DNA of 64,000 bases. Source: an uncultured virus (IMG/VR IMGVR_UViG_3300021425_000028) (taxonomy: Duplodnaviria > Heunggongvirae > Uroviricota > Caudoviricetes). The notes under the pieces were generated by a model. The model did no database searches. It was not told the origin of the DNA and was given only the letters and a program-made list of their open reading frames with translations. Location of the stretch: IMG/VR virus record IMGVR_UViG_3300021425_000028; one strand, given 5' to 3'. The position numbers and the translations under genes are program-made. Shown piece by piece: positions 39,475-48,687 of this stretch; the first letter of the stretch is position 1, and each line of letters begins with the position of its first letter.

Positions 39475-39720
39475 ATGATACTAAAAATAGGGGAAAAACG
39501 AATCAGAGCTGAGCATGTAATTGATTATGAACCAATTGACGAAAGTGGCTTTGATGCAAAAGGCATGGCAATAATCTCGTTTTACATTTTCATCACATCT
39601 ACTGGTGGAATTGGAAGCACTATTCCTTTTTATGGAGATGGGGTTACCAGAGATAAAACTATTGAAATGATGGATGAAATTTTCGAGCCGAAGGAAGTTT
39701 CTCTTGATAATCCCTCCTAA
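39475..39720 (+). CDS. Hypothetical protein
   Basis: ORF at the end of the rightward unit. Confidence 0.45.
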   Translation: MILKIGEKRIRAEHVIDYEPIDESGFDAKGMAIISFYIFITSTGGIGSTIPFYGDGVTRDKTIEMMDEIFEPKEVSLDNPS

Positions 39721-40375
39721 ATCGTAGCCTAATAGTTTTTTTATCGTACTCAATCACTAAAAACTTAAGTGATCTGATACGCATCCATAGAGAAGATACA
39801 ACATCGCTAATTGGGGAAAGAAATATTTGTTTGCCATAGAGTAAATTATTTGCCTCCTGAACAGAAATCGATCCTTTATCACTCAGTTCCATGAAAAGCT
39901 TAAACTCATGATCAGTCAACATGATTTCTTTATGAAGCTTTGTTCTAATGTATTTTTTAGTCTTATTGACAAAAACTCTTTCCAAAACATACTCAGTGTC
40001 ATGAGTGGCCGGCACTTTATCTTCAAATGAAAAGATGTTTGGCTTTTTCTCCTCTGTTATTCTGATTTTCAAGCAGTTAATAAGACGATTATAGATAATA
40101 CTCAATGTAGTAGGAGTCTTTATTTGACTATTTATAGGACATGAGTAATTGATTTCTGGAGTCAATATAATCAAAGTACGATCATGATTTTTAGAGAATA
40201 GTTCTGGGATTTGAGATGCGTCATCCACTTCAATGATCCCATATTTAGCATTACCAATTTTGAATCTATTTACTGACTCACTGGATTTTATATTGTTGAC
40301 TTTCAGCTTTTCAAGTAGAGCTACTTTCATGCTTTGATCTAAAATATCAATGTAAACAGAACTGTTTAAGGTCAT
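39659..40375 (-). CDS. Degenerate receiver plus OmpR-like wHTH regulator
   Basis: IMLTDHEFKLFMEL..LLYG..RIRS resembles an OmpR effector domain. Confidence 0.45.
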   Translation of the reverse strand: MTLNSSVYIDILDQSMKVALLEKLKVNNIKSSESVNRFKIGNAKYGIIEVDDASQIPELFSKNHDRTLIILTPEINYSCPINSQIKTPTTLSIIYNRLINCLKIRITEEKKPNIFSFEDKVPATHDTEYVLERVFVNKTKKYIRTKLHKEIMLTDHEFKLFMELSDKGSISVQEANNLLYGKQIFLSPISDVVSSLWMRIRSLKFLVIEYDKKTIRLRFRRDYQEKLPSARKFHPSFQ

Positions 40376-40405
40376 TTATACTAAATTTGCGTCAAACTAG
40401 AAATA

Positions 40406-40996
40406 ATGGCAAAGAAAACTACAAAAGACGAGACAAAAAAAGAAGAGACTCCAGAAGTTAAAAAAACTGAGGACACAATAAAAGCTGAAGCTGCTGAACA
40501 AGCCGCTAAAGAAGCAGAGCAAAAAGCGGCAGACGAGGCGAAGGCGAAAGCAGAAGCTGAGGCCAAAGCGGCCAAGGAGGCAGAGGATAAAGCGGCATCC
40601 GAGGCACTCGTTGAGGATGAATCTAAAGCTGAAGCTGAGTGGAATATCTCAAAATACCAGAGAACTTTAATTGCCACTAAGGGTGAGAAGAAAATCACAA
40701 TTCAAGCTGTTTCAGGAAAAGGAATGGGTGTTAATAGACTTTCTGAGAATGAAGTTGTTATCAAACTTAGACATGACATTCCTCATGTAAATGCCTTCAA
40801 AAGAAGAAAAGCCGGAACGGTTATCAGTAATAATCCAATTGAGCTTAGTAAAGGCATTGAAGATAAGATAGAAAAAGAATACCAGGCAGTTGTTTCTGAA
40901 AGAGAAAAAGGAACTTTAGCTTTGGTTGAAGAGTTGTTGAATAGAGTTAAGGAAGAGTGTCCATTTACAATTGAGGACATGTCAACATTGGCGTGA
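40406..40996 (+). CDS. Ala/Glu/Lys-rich hypothetical protein
   Basis: Low-complexity AEAKA tract; TAAATTTG promoter at 40382-40389. Confidence 0.55.
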   Translation: MAKKTTKDETKKEETPEVKKTEDTIKAEAAEQAAKEAEQKAADEAKAKAEAEAKAAKEAEDKAASEALVEDESKAEAEWNISKYQRTLIATKGEKKITIQAVSGKGMGVNRLSENEVVIKLRHDIPHVNAFKRRKAGTVISNNPIELSKGIEDKIEKEYQAVVSEREKGTLALVEELLNRVKEECPFTIEDMSTLA

Positions 40997-41367
40997 ATTA
41001 CAAAAGAGAAAGTATAAGAACTCATGGCGATTTGCCTGAGTTAAGCGATATGTACGAGATTACAATTATTGTAGCTCGTATGCAGGATCGCGATAAGTAC
41101 TTCCATACAAGTATAGGCAAGGTTCATACTATTAATATTGATAATGGTAAGTACTTAGTGAAGGTTGTTGATATTGTTTTCAACAACAATTGGTTAGTTG
41201 ATAAAGGAGTTTTAAGATACGAAATCTGGGTCGAGGGTGTTAATGGCGGCACTCCTTGGATGTGGAAACACACAAACAACGGGATAACCGTTACCCATTC
41301 AATGCCTGATAAAATTAAATTGGAATATGAAGAACAAAGTAATCGTTTTAACGGGAGCAGAAGCTAA
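40993..41367 (+). CDS. Hypothetical protein
   Basis: Coupled ORF upstream of groEL. Confidence 0.5.
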   Translation: MNYKRESIRTHGDLPELSDMYEITIIVARMQDRDKYFHTSIGKVHTINIDNGKYLVKVVDIVFNNNWLVDKGVLRYEIWVEGVNGGTPWMWKHTNNGITVTHSMPDKIKLEYEEQSNRFNGSRS

Positions 41368-42928
41368 GTCAAAACTAAAAGAAGGTGTCGATCTAATAGC
41401 AAACGCCACCAAAGTAACCCTTGGAGCAAAGGGTAAAAATGTGTTAATCCAAAGAACAGGCATGTACCCTCACATCTCAAAAGATGGGGTTACTGTTTCA
41501 AGGCACGTTATAAGCTCAGATCCTACTGTTCAATCTGGTGTTTTAGTAGCCCAAGAGGCTTCGGAAAATACTGCAAAATCAGTTGGCGATGGAACTACTA
41601 CAGTATTAGTGTTAACCCAAAGCCTTATTGATAGAGGATTGAAAATTATGAAAATGGGTTATAATAGTGTTGAGATTAAATCAGGAATGGAGGATGCTGT
41701 TAAAGATGTGTCAGAAATTCTTAATGATTTAGCAAAGCCTATTAAAGAGAATCTCAAAAAACTTAAACAAGTTGCTGTTGTTTCTGCAAATGGAGATGAA
41801 GAGATTGGCCGTGTGATTGCAGAGGTTGTTGTTCAGACTGGTGTGAAGGGAGCTGTTACCGTTGAGAAAAGTATTTCCGGAAAGCATGAATGGGAAGTGG
41901 TTGATGGACTTCAGATTCCAATAGGATACTTCCATGGTGGATTCGTAAACAACGGATCTAAAATGAGAGCTGAGTTGAAAGACGTTGCGATTTTAGTTTC
42001 AAATCTTCCTATTAGGACTGCCCAACAAGCAGTGACTATAATGGATGGTGCGAAGCGCGTGAATAAGGAGCTTCTAATTTTAGCTAAAGGAATAGAAGGT
42101 GAGGCTTTAAATGTTCTTCTGGCAAACAAAAATAAAGGCAACGTAAGTGTTTCTGTAGCAGTACTCCCTGAGATGGCGGAGCAATCTGATCATATGATTG
42201 AGGATATTTGTGTAACTACTGGAGCAACAGTCATGAGCCTTAGAGAAGGTACATCGATATTCCATACCGATCTATTTGGAAGGTGTGAATACGTTCAATC
42301 AACTGAAGAGTACACAATCCTAAAAGGTGGTGCTGGAAGTAAGGAGAAAATAGATAAACGAATCAAGGAATTGAGTGAGTTGGCCGATGAAACAAAAGTT
42401 GATTACAAAAAAGACTACTACCTAGCCAGATTAGCTGCGTTAATGGGTGGTGTTGGTGTTGTAAAGATTTGGGCAAACTCAGATGTTGAGATTCGTGAGT
42501 TAGCTGATCGTGTAGATGATGCTATTCATGCTACTAAGGCTGCAATGGAAGAAGGAATTGTAGCTGGAGGTGGAATCACATTAAAACATTGTAAAAGTTT
42601 GCTGTTAGGGGGTCATAAAGGTCTTGATGCAAGAGCCGGTGAAAGAGTTGGTTATAAACTAGTGATTGACTGCTTAGATGTTCCTTATCAAACTATCCTT
42701 TCAAACGCTGGAATTAGCTACAAGAAACAATGGTGGAGATTATCTACTGATGATCAACCGTATCCGATAGGAACAAATGTCAAAGAAAATAAGCTTTGTG
42801 ATATGATTTCCGAAGGAATTGTAGACCCAAAAAAGGTGACAAGAATTTGTCTTGAGAACTCAGTCAGTGTAGCAGCTGCATTTTTAACTATTGAAACAGC
42901 AATAATACAAGCAGATGAGACTAATTGA
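41327..42928 (+). CDS. groEL: Phage-encoded group I chaperonin GroEL
   Basis: KVTLGAKGKNV, KDGVTV, GDGTTT, SANGDEEIG, DRVDDA..ATKAAMEEGIVAGGG, GIVDPKKVTR. Confidence 0.95.
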   Translation: MKNKVIVLTGAEAKSKLKEGVDLIANATKVTLGAKGKNVLIQRTGMYPHISKDGVTVSRHVISSDPTVQSGVLVAQEASENTAKSVGDGTTTVLVLTQSLIDRGLKIMKMGYNSVEIKSGMEDAVKDVSEILNDLAKPIKENLKKLKQVAVVSANGDEEIGRVIAEVVVQTGVKGAVTVEKSISGKHEWEVVDGLQIPIGYFHGGFVNNGSKMRAELKDVAILVSNLPIRTAQQAVTIMDGAKRVNKELLILAKGIEGEALNVLLANKNKGNVSVSVAVLPEMAEQSDHMIEDICVTTGATVMSLREGTSIFHTDLFGRCEYVQSTEEYTILKGGAGSKEKIDKRIKELSELADETKVDYKKDYYLARLAALMGGVGVVKIWANSDVEIRELADRVDDAIHATKAAMEEGIVAGGGITLKHCKSLLLGGHKGLDARAGERVGYKLVIDCLDVPYQTILSNAGISYKKQWWRLSTDDQPYPIGTNVKENKLCDMISEGIVDPKKVTRICLENSVSVAAAFLTIETAIIQADETN

Positions 42929-43463
42929 TAGACCATTAAACGACTATATTCTTATTGAAACATCTTTTAAACAACAAGTTTCAAGTCATGGTGTTTTCTT
43001 GAGTGGGGACTCCGTTTTACAAACAAAGGAAGGTGTTGTTAAGGCTGTTTCAAAAGATCTTAAAACCAAAATAAAAGTTGGTGAAAGAATACTTTTCAAT
43101 AGTCAAAGTGTAATTCGAACTTCACTGAAGGAGGATGAGCAAATGGTAATTTGTTCGTATTTTCAAGTTATGATGAACCTGGACACAAGAGTTCCATATG
43201 GCGACTTTATACTTGTTAAGCCTCATGAGTTGAATGAAAATACTGAGGATGGTGTTTTCTTAACTGAGGACATGAGAAAAGTATCAGGGTTTTCAGAGGT
43301 GATTGCTTGTAGCCCAGATATTCCAGGTAATATGGTTATTCCTGCAAAAGGAGATATTGTCATGCATAGAAAAGAAGTGGAGCGAGAGACAGATATGCAA
43401 GATGTTGGTCAAGAATTTTTACTTAGGCATAAAAATTTGATGGCCATACTAAATAATGCTTAA
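42915..43463 (+). CDS. groES: Tandem two-domain GroES-like co-chaperonin
   Basis: RPLNDYILIE..GVVKAV..IKVGERILF and VPYGDFILVKP..GDIV..LMAIL. Confidence 0.75.
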   Translation: MRLIDRPLNDYILIETSFKQQVSSHGVFLSGDSVLQTKEGVVKAVSKDLKTKIKVGERILFNSQSVIRTSLKEDEQMVICSYFQVMMNLDTRVPYGDFILVKPHELNENTEDGVFLTEDMRKVSGFSEVIACSPDIPGNMVIPAKGDIVMHRKEVERETDMQDVGQEFLLRHKNLMAILNNA

Positions 43464-43489
43464 TTTTGCCTTATAACAAAAAAAAGATC

Positions 43490-44257
43490 ATGAAAAAATC
43501 AAGCATTATAACACTAATATTGGTGATTAGTTCGTTTTTGTGCAGTGCGCAAATGGCATACTTTACAAAAAGTTCAGCTCCACTAACTGGGTATAATAGT
43601 CAATCCGACTCCGTATATGTTGAACAAACTGACGTTGTTTCGATACAAGAAATTTCATCTGGGGGGTCAGAATTGATATACTTCAAAGGAAATGTTCGAA
43701 GCTCAGTTAATGTTAGAGAACAAGTTGGAGACTCTGCTTGGACGTTCGCCACGTTCCTATCTACATTTTCAAGCAACGCAGCTTTAGACTCAATTACTAT
43801 TGGTGGCACTAATGTAACTCCAAATGGAGTTCCTGTAGCGGGATCTTTAACTGCTACATTAGCAGCAATTAGAGATAGTATTTCGGTTAATTCAGCAACA
43901 GATACAGCAATCGCAACAGCAACAACGCTTACATTTAGGAAAATAGCAGACTCAACAGCTACGCCAAACGGAACGGTTATTGTCATTTATTATCAAGGAA
44001 CAGTATCACCATCATCAGGAACATTGACTGGAGGATTTTATAGGAGAAACGCATCATACATATATGGAGCAGCTACTCAATTATTTGAAGTCACATCAAT
44101 TAGCAATTCGAATGAATTACTAATCAACAAGACAAGGGTTAGTGCGCTAAATGGGGATGCTCCTACAACGATTTGGTATCACGGGGCAATCAATGATAGT
44201 TATGAGGTGAGTGAAAACAGATCTGTTTTGACTACAACTATTAATGCCTTACCATAA
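43490..44257 (+). CDS. Secreted Ser/Thr-rich protein
   Basis: Signal peptide MKKSSIITLILVISSFLCSAQ. Confidence 0.55.
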   Translation: MKKSSIITLILVISSFLCSAQMAYFTKSSAPLTGYNSQSDSVYVEQTDVVSIQEISSGGSELIYFKGNVRSSVNVREQVGDSAWTFATFLSTFSSNAALDSITIGGTNVTPNGVPVAGSLTATLAAIRDSISVNSATDTAIATATTLTFRKIADSTATPNGTVIVIYYQGTVSPSSGTLTGGFYRRNASYIYGAATQLFEVTSISNSNELLINKTRVSALNGDAPTTIWYHGAINDSYEVSENRSVLTTTINALP

Positions 44258-44295
44258 GTTTAGATTGATTAGTTTTCTAATTGTTTAATTGGCTG

Positions 44296-44328
44296 AAGCC
44301 CTGCGCGACATTGCGGGGCTTTTTTTTG
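44296..44328 (+). terminator. Intrinsic terminator
   Basis: AAGCCCTGCG/TGCGGGGCTT stem followed by a T run. Confidence 0.8.
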
Positions 44329-44843
44329 TATGTTTGCTTAAATTAACGTGTTATTTATGCGGTCATTACCGTGGTTCAAATTAGTACAATTTAAATTAAA
44401 AGCAGAATATAATGAATACAAAATCAGTTTCAAAAAAGCCACAAGGGAATGCCGTATTACGGACAGGTGTATGAGCTGTGCCTGTTCGAAACCATCAAAC
44501 TACAACGGCTTTTAATTGGCATGGTTTATACACCATGTTACCAACAATTAATTTAAAAACTCTAAGGGACGTAAATAACCTCCACCTTATACAAGAGTTC
44601 AAAAACAAAAAAAAAGGAGGGATTAATTTTTTAATTATGGCTAGTTCTATTAATGATATTGCAATGGATGCAATAGCAAGATGTGATTATAACGATGTAG
44701 ACAAAATTCAAAAACACCTAAAAGAGAATGTCGGTATAGAAATATCGAAAAGCGAGGTGATACGAATTCAAAAAACAATTATAGCTGGGGGCGCTACCTA
44801 CTTATAGATTGTTGGCTTTGTTTTTCTCATAGACTTAATTATA

Positions 44844-45143
44844 ATGAAAATACCAAAAAGGTTTAAAATATTTGCGTCCACTATCAATGTAGAGTTTGAC
44901 AACACAAGACTGAGTAATGAGGGTATTTTGGGTGATTGCAGCTTTAATGAAGGCAAGATAACCGTATGCGACTATTATAAAGGAATTAGAATATCATATA
45001 GTTGCATTATTGACACTTTTTACCATGAAAAAGTGCATGTCATCTTAGACGCGATGGGAGAGCATGAATTATCAAGAAATGAGAAATTTGTCGAAGTGTT
45101 TGCAAGACTATTGCGACAATCTGATGAGAGTGTGGAGTTTTAA
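44844..45143 (+). CDS. Small HExxH zinc metallopeptidase-like protein
   Basis: T-F-Y-H-E-K-V-H..N-E-K-F-V-E. Confidence 0.7.
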   Translation: MKIPKRFKIFASTINVEFDNTRLSNEGILGDCSFNEGKITVCDYYKGIRISYSCIIDTFYHEKVHVILDAMGEHELSRNEKFVEVFARLLRQSDESVEF

Positions 45144-45189
45144 TAATTGCAGGTAGATAGCCCTCGGTACACGAGGGAAGTAGTAAGTT

Positions 45190-45213
45190 TTGACTCAAGT
45201 TGTATATAGTTCC
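45190..45213. mobile_element. Orphan IS1595-type terminal inverted repeat
   Basis: TTGACTCAAGTTGTATATAGTTCC, 22/24 identical to the right TIR at 17024-17047. Confidence 0.75.
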
Positions 45214-45323
45214 AAATTCTGCCATAACGGTTGGCTATAAAATGTTTTTACAGCCTTTGTTAATTTATACCTCAGCATACCTAAAACGATAATTTCTATC
45301 TTTGATACTTTAATTCAATTGTA

Positions 45324-46145
45324 ATGAAAGGAATACACAGCTATTTGGTAGAAATAGACCTTAATTGGTATAAGAAACTTGAAAGTAATGGTATCGTTTA
45401 TGATACTCCAGCAAGAGCCGGTCAAAAAGGATTAACCGAGCCTAGACATGGAAAAGTTGTGGTTAGTATTGCTGGATCAAAAGTAAAAGTAGGATACACC
45501 ATTTTCTTTATTCACTTTGAGCTTTACAGACAGGAAGATCAAAACGGAAAAACATATGTTTTAGTTCCTGAAGAACTTGCATTAGGATACGCGACTAAAT
45601 TTCCAGATGTTTGGAGTGAAGATGCTGGGAAGCACATCGACATACAGCCACTGCATTTTCTAGTTGGAAGCAAGATTGAAAATCCAGCTTGGTATAAAAA
45701 TCAAGAGGCTACAATTCAAGATCCAACAATACCAAAAGTATTTCCAAGGATATATGAATCTCTCTCGGGGGATACTGGTATTAAAAAAGGAGACTTAGTT
45801 TGGACTTATGTTGGAAGTGAGTATTTCATTGACTATTTACCAAACCATGCATTTTTAGATCGAGAGTGGATTACTTACAATCAAACTCAAAACAAACCTC
45901 TTGGAGACTATATAGTAGTTGAGATTACAGACATTGCTGCTCAATCTAATGGGTTTATAACTGATGGGAGTAGGCGTAAGAAGCTGCAAGGAGTTGGAGC
46001 TGTTAAAACGCCTAGAAAAGGCTTAAAAGCAAATGAAGCGGTTCGATTTGATATTAGCAATCAGCAAGTGAGTCCAGTTTCAGAGAAAATATTTACTGTT
46101 CCGTATTATTTAATATTCAGCATCATTGAGCCATATAACGCATAA
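45324..46145 (+). CDS. Multi-domain GroES-like protein
   Basis: HGKVV..VKVG.TIFF, GIKKGDLV and KPLGDYIVVE..GVG units. Confidence 0.55.
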   Translation: MKGIHSYLVEIDLNWYKKLESNGIVYDTPARAGQKGLTEPRHGKVVVSIAGSKVKVGYTIFFIHFELYRQEDQNGKTYVLVPEELALGYATKFPDVWSEDAGKHIDIQPLHFLVGSKIENPAWYKNQEATIQDPTIPKVFPRIYESLSGDTGIKKGDLVWTYVGSEYFIDYLPNHAFLDREWITYNQTQNKPLGDYIVVEITDIAAQSNGFITDGSRRKKLQGVGAVKTPRKGLKANEAVRFDISNQQVSPVSEKIFTVPYYLIFSIIEPYNA

Positions 46146-46468
46146 AGACCTTGAGAAGCTGACCAAAGAGCAGCTTATTACATTGTGCTTGAGACTAGCG
46201 GATAACGCCAATCCAATTGTTGATTCAATGGAGGGGTATAGAACGCAATTGAAAAACGCAGCAACTTTACTAAAGGACACAAACATTTTTGATCCAACAG
46301 CAACATCTGATAAGGATGATAAGTTATTTGATAGAGGGAAGGTAGTTATCGAGAAACTTCACGAATGGCAAGTGAATCTAAAGAAAATGGAGTCGATGAT
46401 AATGCCAAACATCCAAAAGGATGCTATGATCATTGAAGAGGCGAGAGAAGGTGATGTGACCCTGTATA

Positions 46469-48628
46469 ATGAAAGATGAAAATAAATACAAGGACGAGTG
46501 TTTAGAGGCTTGGTCAAAGTTTGAAAGCAAACAAATTGTAGACCGGATTAAAATTACTTGTATTCCAGAAAAGCCAGCTCCACAAGAAATAGCCAATTAC
46601 GGACTCCCAAAAGATGATAGGATATTTAAAAGAACAATCCCTAAAGTTGTATTCATTCAAAAGACTGACCATCAAGGAAATGAATTAAAAAATGATAAGG
46701 GAGATTTAATTTTTGTAGCAAGATTTGAAGGGTATGAAACCTCTGAGAAACAGCATGAGTTTTTAACCCAAATAACTGAGTGGAGGAGAAGTGGATATTG
46801 GTTCTATAATGGAGATAATCTAGAATATATTACAGGGGATCATTGGTTCTACTTAAATGTAGTGAAGATCATGGTTGCTAGAACCGATCCTAAAACTGGT
46901 GAGACATACGATGAAAGAGATTACCCATGGTTTATTGACCGTGATAGAATGTTTTTTCACGCTTGGAGACAAGTAGAGTATGTTCCATATTGTTTTGGAA
47001 TGCTTTTATTGAGCGCAAGACGTATGGGTAAGACAGCAAAAGGGCTGTCAATTCTAGTAAACTCAGGAACATGGTATAAAGAATCATTGAATATTATTCA
47101 AGGTCAGACGTTTGACTTTGCTAAAGGAACAATGTTTCAAGAAATTAAGAGTATGATGAGGGAGCTTCCTGATCATCCTTATTTTAAACCAATCCATCAA
47201 GATCTTGCAGACTCAATAAAATTTTGGCCTAAAGGATCAAGCCAAGAAGATGGTCATACCATAAAGCGTGAGGGAATCCTTTATAGTGAGATTAAGCCAA
47301 CAGCTCAAACTCTTACTGCCGGTGATGGTAAGCGTGTGAAAAGAGCATTCTTAGATGAGGTTTGTAAGTGGACTGCTGTTTCGGTTAAAAAAGCCATTAG
47401 TATTTTAGTAGAGACTTTAGCTATTGGATCAAAGACAAGAGGAAAGTTATTTGCGGCAACTACAGCTGAAAATATTCTCGGAAAAACTCTTCCAGAATTT
47501 AAGTCGTTATGGGAGAACTCAAACCTAGCATTAATAGATGATTTCAGCCAGACACCATCAAAGCTTTACCGAGTATTTTTCTCAGCAGTATTAGGATACC
47601 AGCACGAACCAGACCCATTTTTCCCTATTCCTGATAAATTCAATAAGCCAGCAATTGATAAATGGGGGTATTCAGACACGGAACTAGCTAGGGAAATAAT
47701 CATGTATCTCCGAAAGAAATATACTGGAGATGATTTAGTTGACTTCGTAAGAAAATACCCATTAACAGCAGAAGAAGCTTTGTCATTCAGTCAGGAGAAA
47801 ACACCATACGATGTCCCTAAACTAAACGAACAGCTTCAGTATAATGCTGATTACAGAATAAAAGTTCAGGACGAGGTAGTTGTGGGAAATTTCGAGTGGA
47901 TTGAGTATTTCAGAACAGTTGAGTTTGTCCCAAGGTCAGATGGAAATGTCAAGTTATGCTGGATGCCACCTCCAGGAGATAGAAATCAGTTTGAGACTTA
48001 TTTAGGTGTTACAAGGCCAACAAGGTCATGGGTTTATACCGGTATTGATCCATTTGATCACGATATTACTGAGGATAATAAATTTTCAAATGGGGCTGCG
48101 GCTTCATTATGTCTAGGCCATCCCGTTGGTTTTCCAAGAAAAGGATTTGTTTGTATGTACGACCATAGGCCAGACACTGCATATATGTTCTATGAAGACA
48201 TGCTTAAGCAGTTGATATTTTATAGTAGCCCCTGTCTTCCGGAAAACCAGAAATATGGATTTATTACTTGGATGAATGACAAGGGTTTTGGAGGTTACAT
48301 AGAAGATAACCCATTAAAACCTGATCAGAAAAACCAAGGGGTATCAACAAAGGATAAAGATACACGAAACGCAATGATCAATAAAATGAGATCATTTGTA
48401 TTTGACACTATGGGTAGAAAGCTTATTTATGATGAAAATGATTTAATCATAGAGGAGAGATGGGGTCATTGTCCGTTTGATGATTTTATAGTTGATTTAC
48501 TGGCATTTAACCCAGCTAACTGGAAGCCTTCAGATTTACCGGTGGCCGCAAAATTGGCTTTATTAGCTACAGAGCGACCAGAGTTTGCCTACGAGGATAT
48601 AAAGATGAATTTAAATGATTGGTTGTAA
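46469..48628 (+). CDS. terL: Terminase large subunit
   Basis: EYITGDHWFYL, Walker A RRMGKT, Walker B FLDE, nuclease GIDPFD, ENQK. Confidence 0.9.
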   Translation: MKDENKYKDECLEAWSKFESKQIVDRIKITCIPEKPAPQEIANYGLPKDDRIFKRTIPKVVFIQKTDHQGNELKNDKGDLIFVARFEGYETSEKQHEFLTQITEWRRSGYWFYNGDNLEYITGDHWFYLNVVKIMVARTDPKTGETYDERDYPWFIDRDRMFFHAWRQVEYVPYCFGMLLLSARRMGKTAKGLSILVNSGTWYKESLNIIQGQTFDFAKGTMFQEIKSMMRELPDHPYFKPIHQDLADSIKFWPKGSSQEDGHTIKREGILYSEIKPTAQTLTAGDGKRVKRAFLDEVCKWTAVSVKKAISILVETLAIGSKTRGKLFAATTAENILGKTLPEFKSLWENSNLALIDDFSQTPSKLYRVFFSAVLGYQHEPDPFFPIPDKFNKPAIDKWGYSDTELAREIIMYLRKKYTGDDLVDFVRKYPLTAEEALSFSQEKTPYDVPKLNEQLQYNADYRIKVQDEVVVGNFEWIEYFRTVEFVPRSDGNVKLCWMPPPGDRNQFETYLGVTRPTRSWVYTGIDPFDHDITEDNKFSNGAAASLCLGHPVGFPRKGFVCMYDHRPDTAYMFYEDMLKQLIFYSSPCLPENQKYGFITWMNDKGFGGYIEDNPLKPDQKNQGVSTKDKDTRNAMINKMRSFVFDTMGRKLIYDENDLIIEERWGHCPFDDFIVDLLAFNPANWKPSDLPVAAKLALLATERPEFAYEDIKMNLNDWL

Positions 48629-48687
48629 TCAATTAAAGGTTGGATTGTGAGTTCCAAACAAAACTAAACTTTAACTAATTTTGCTAC

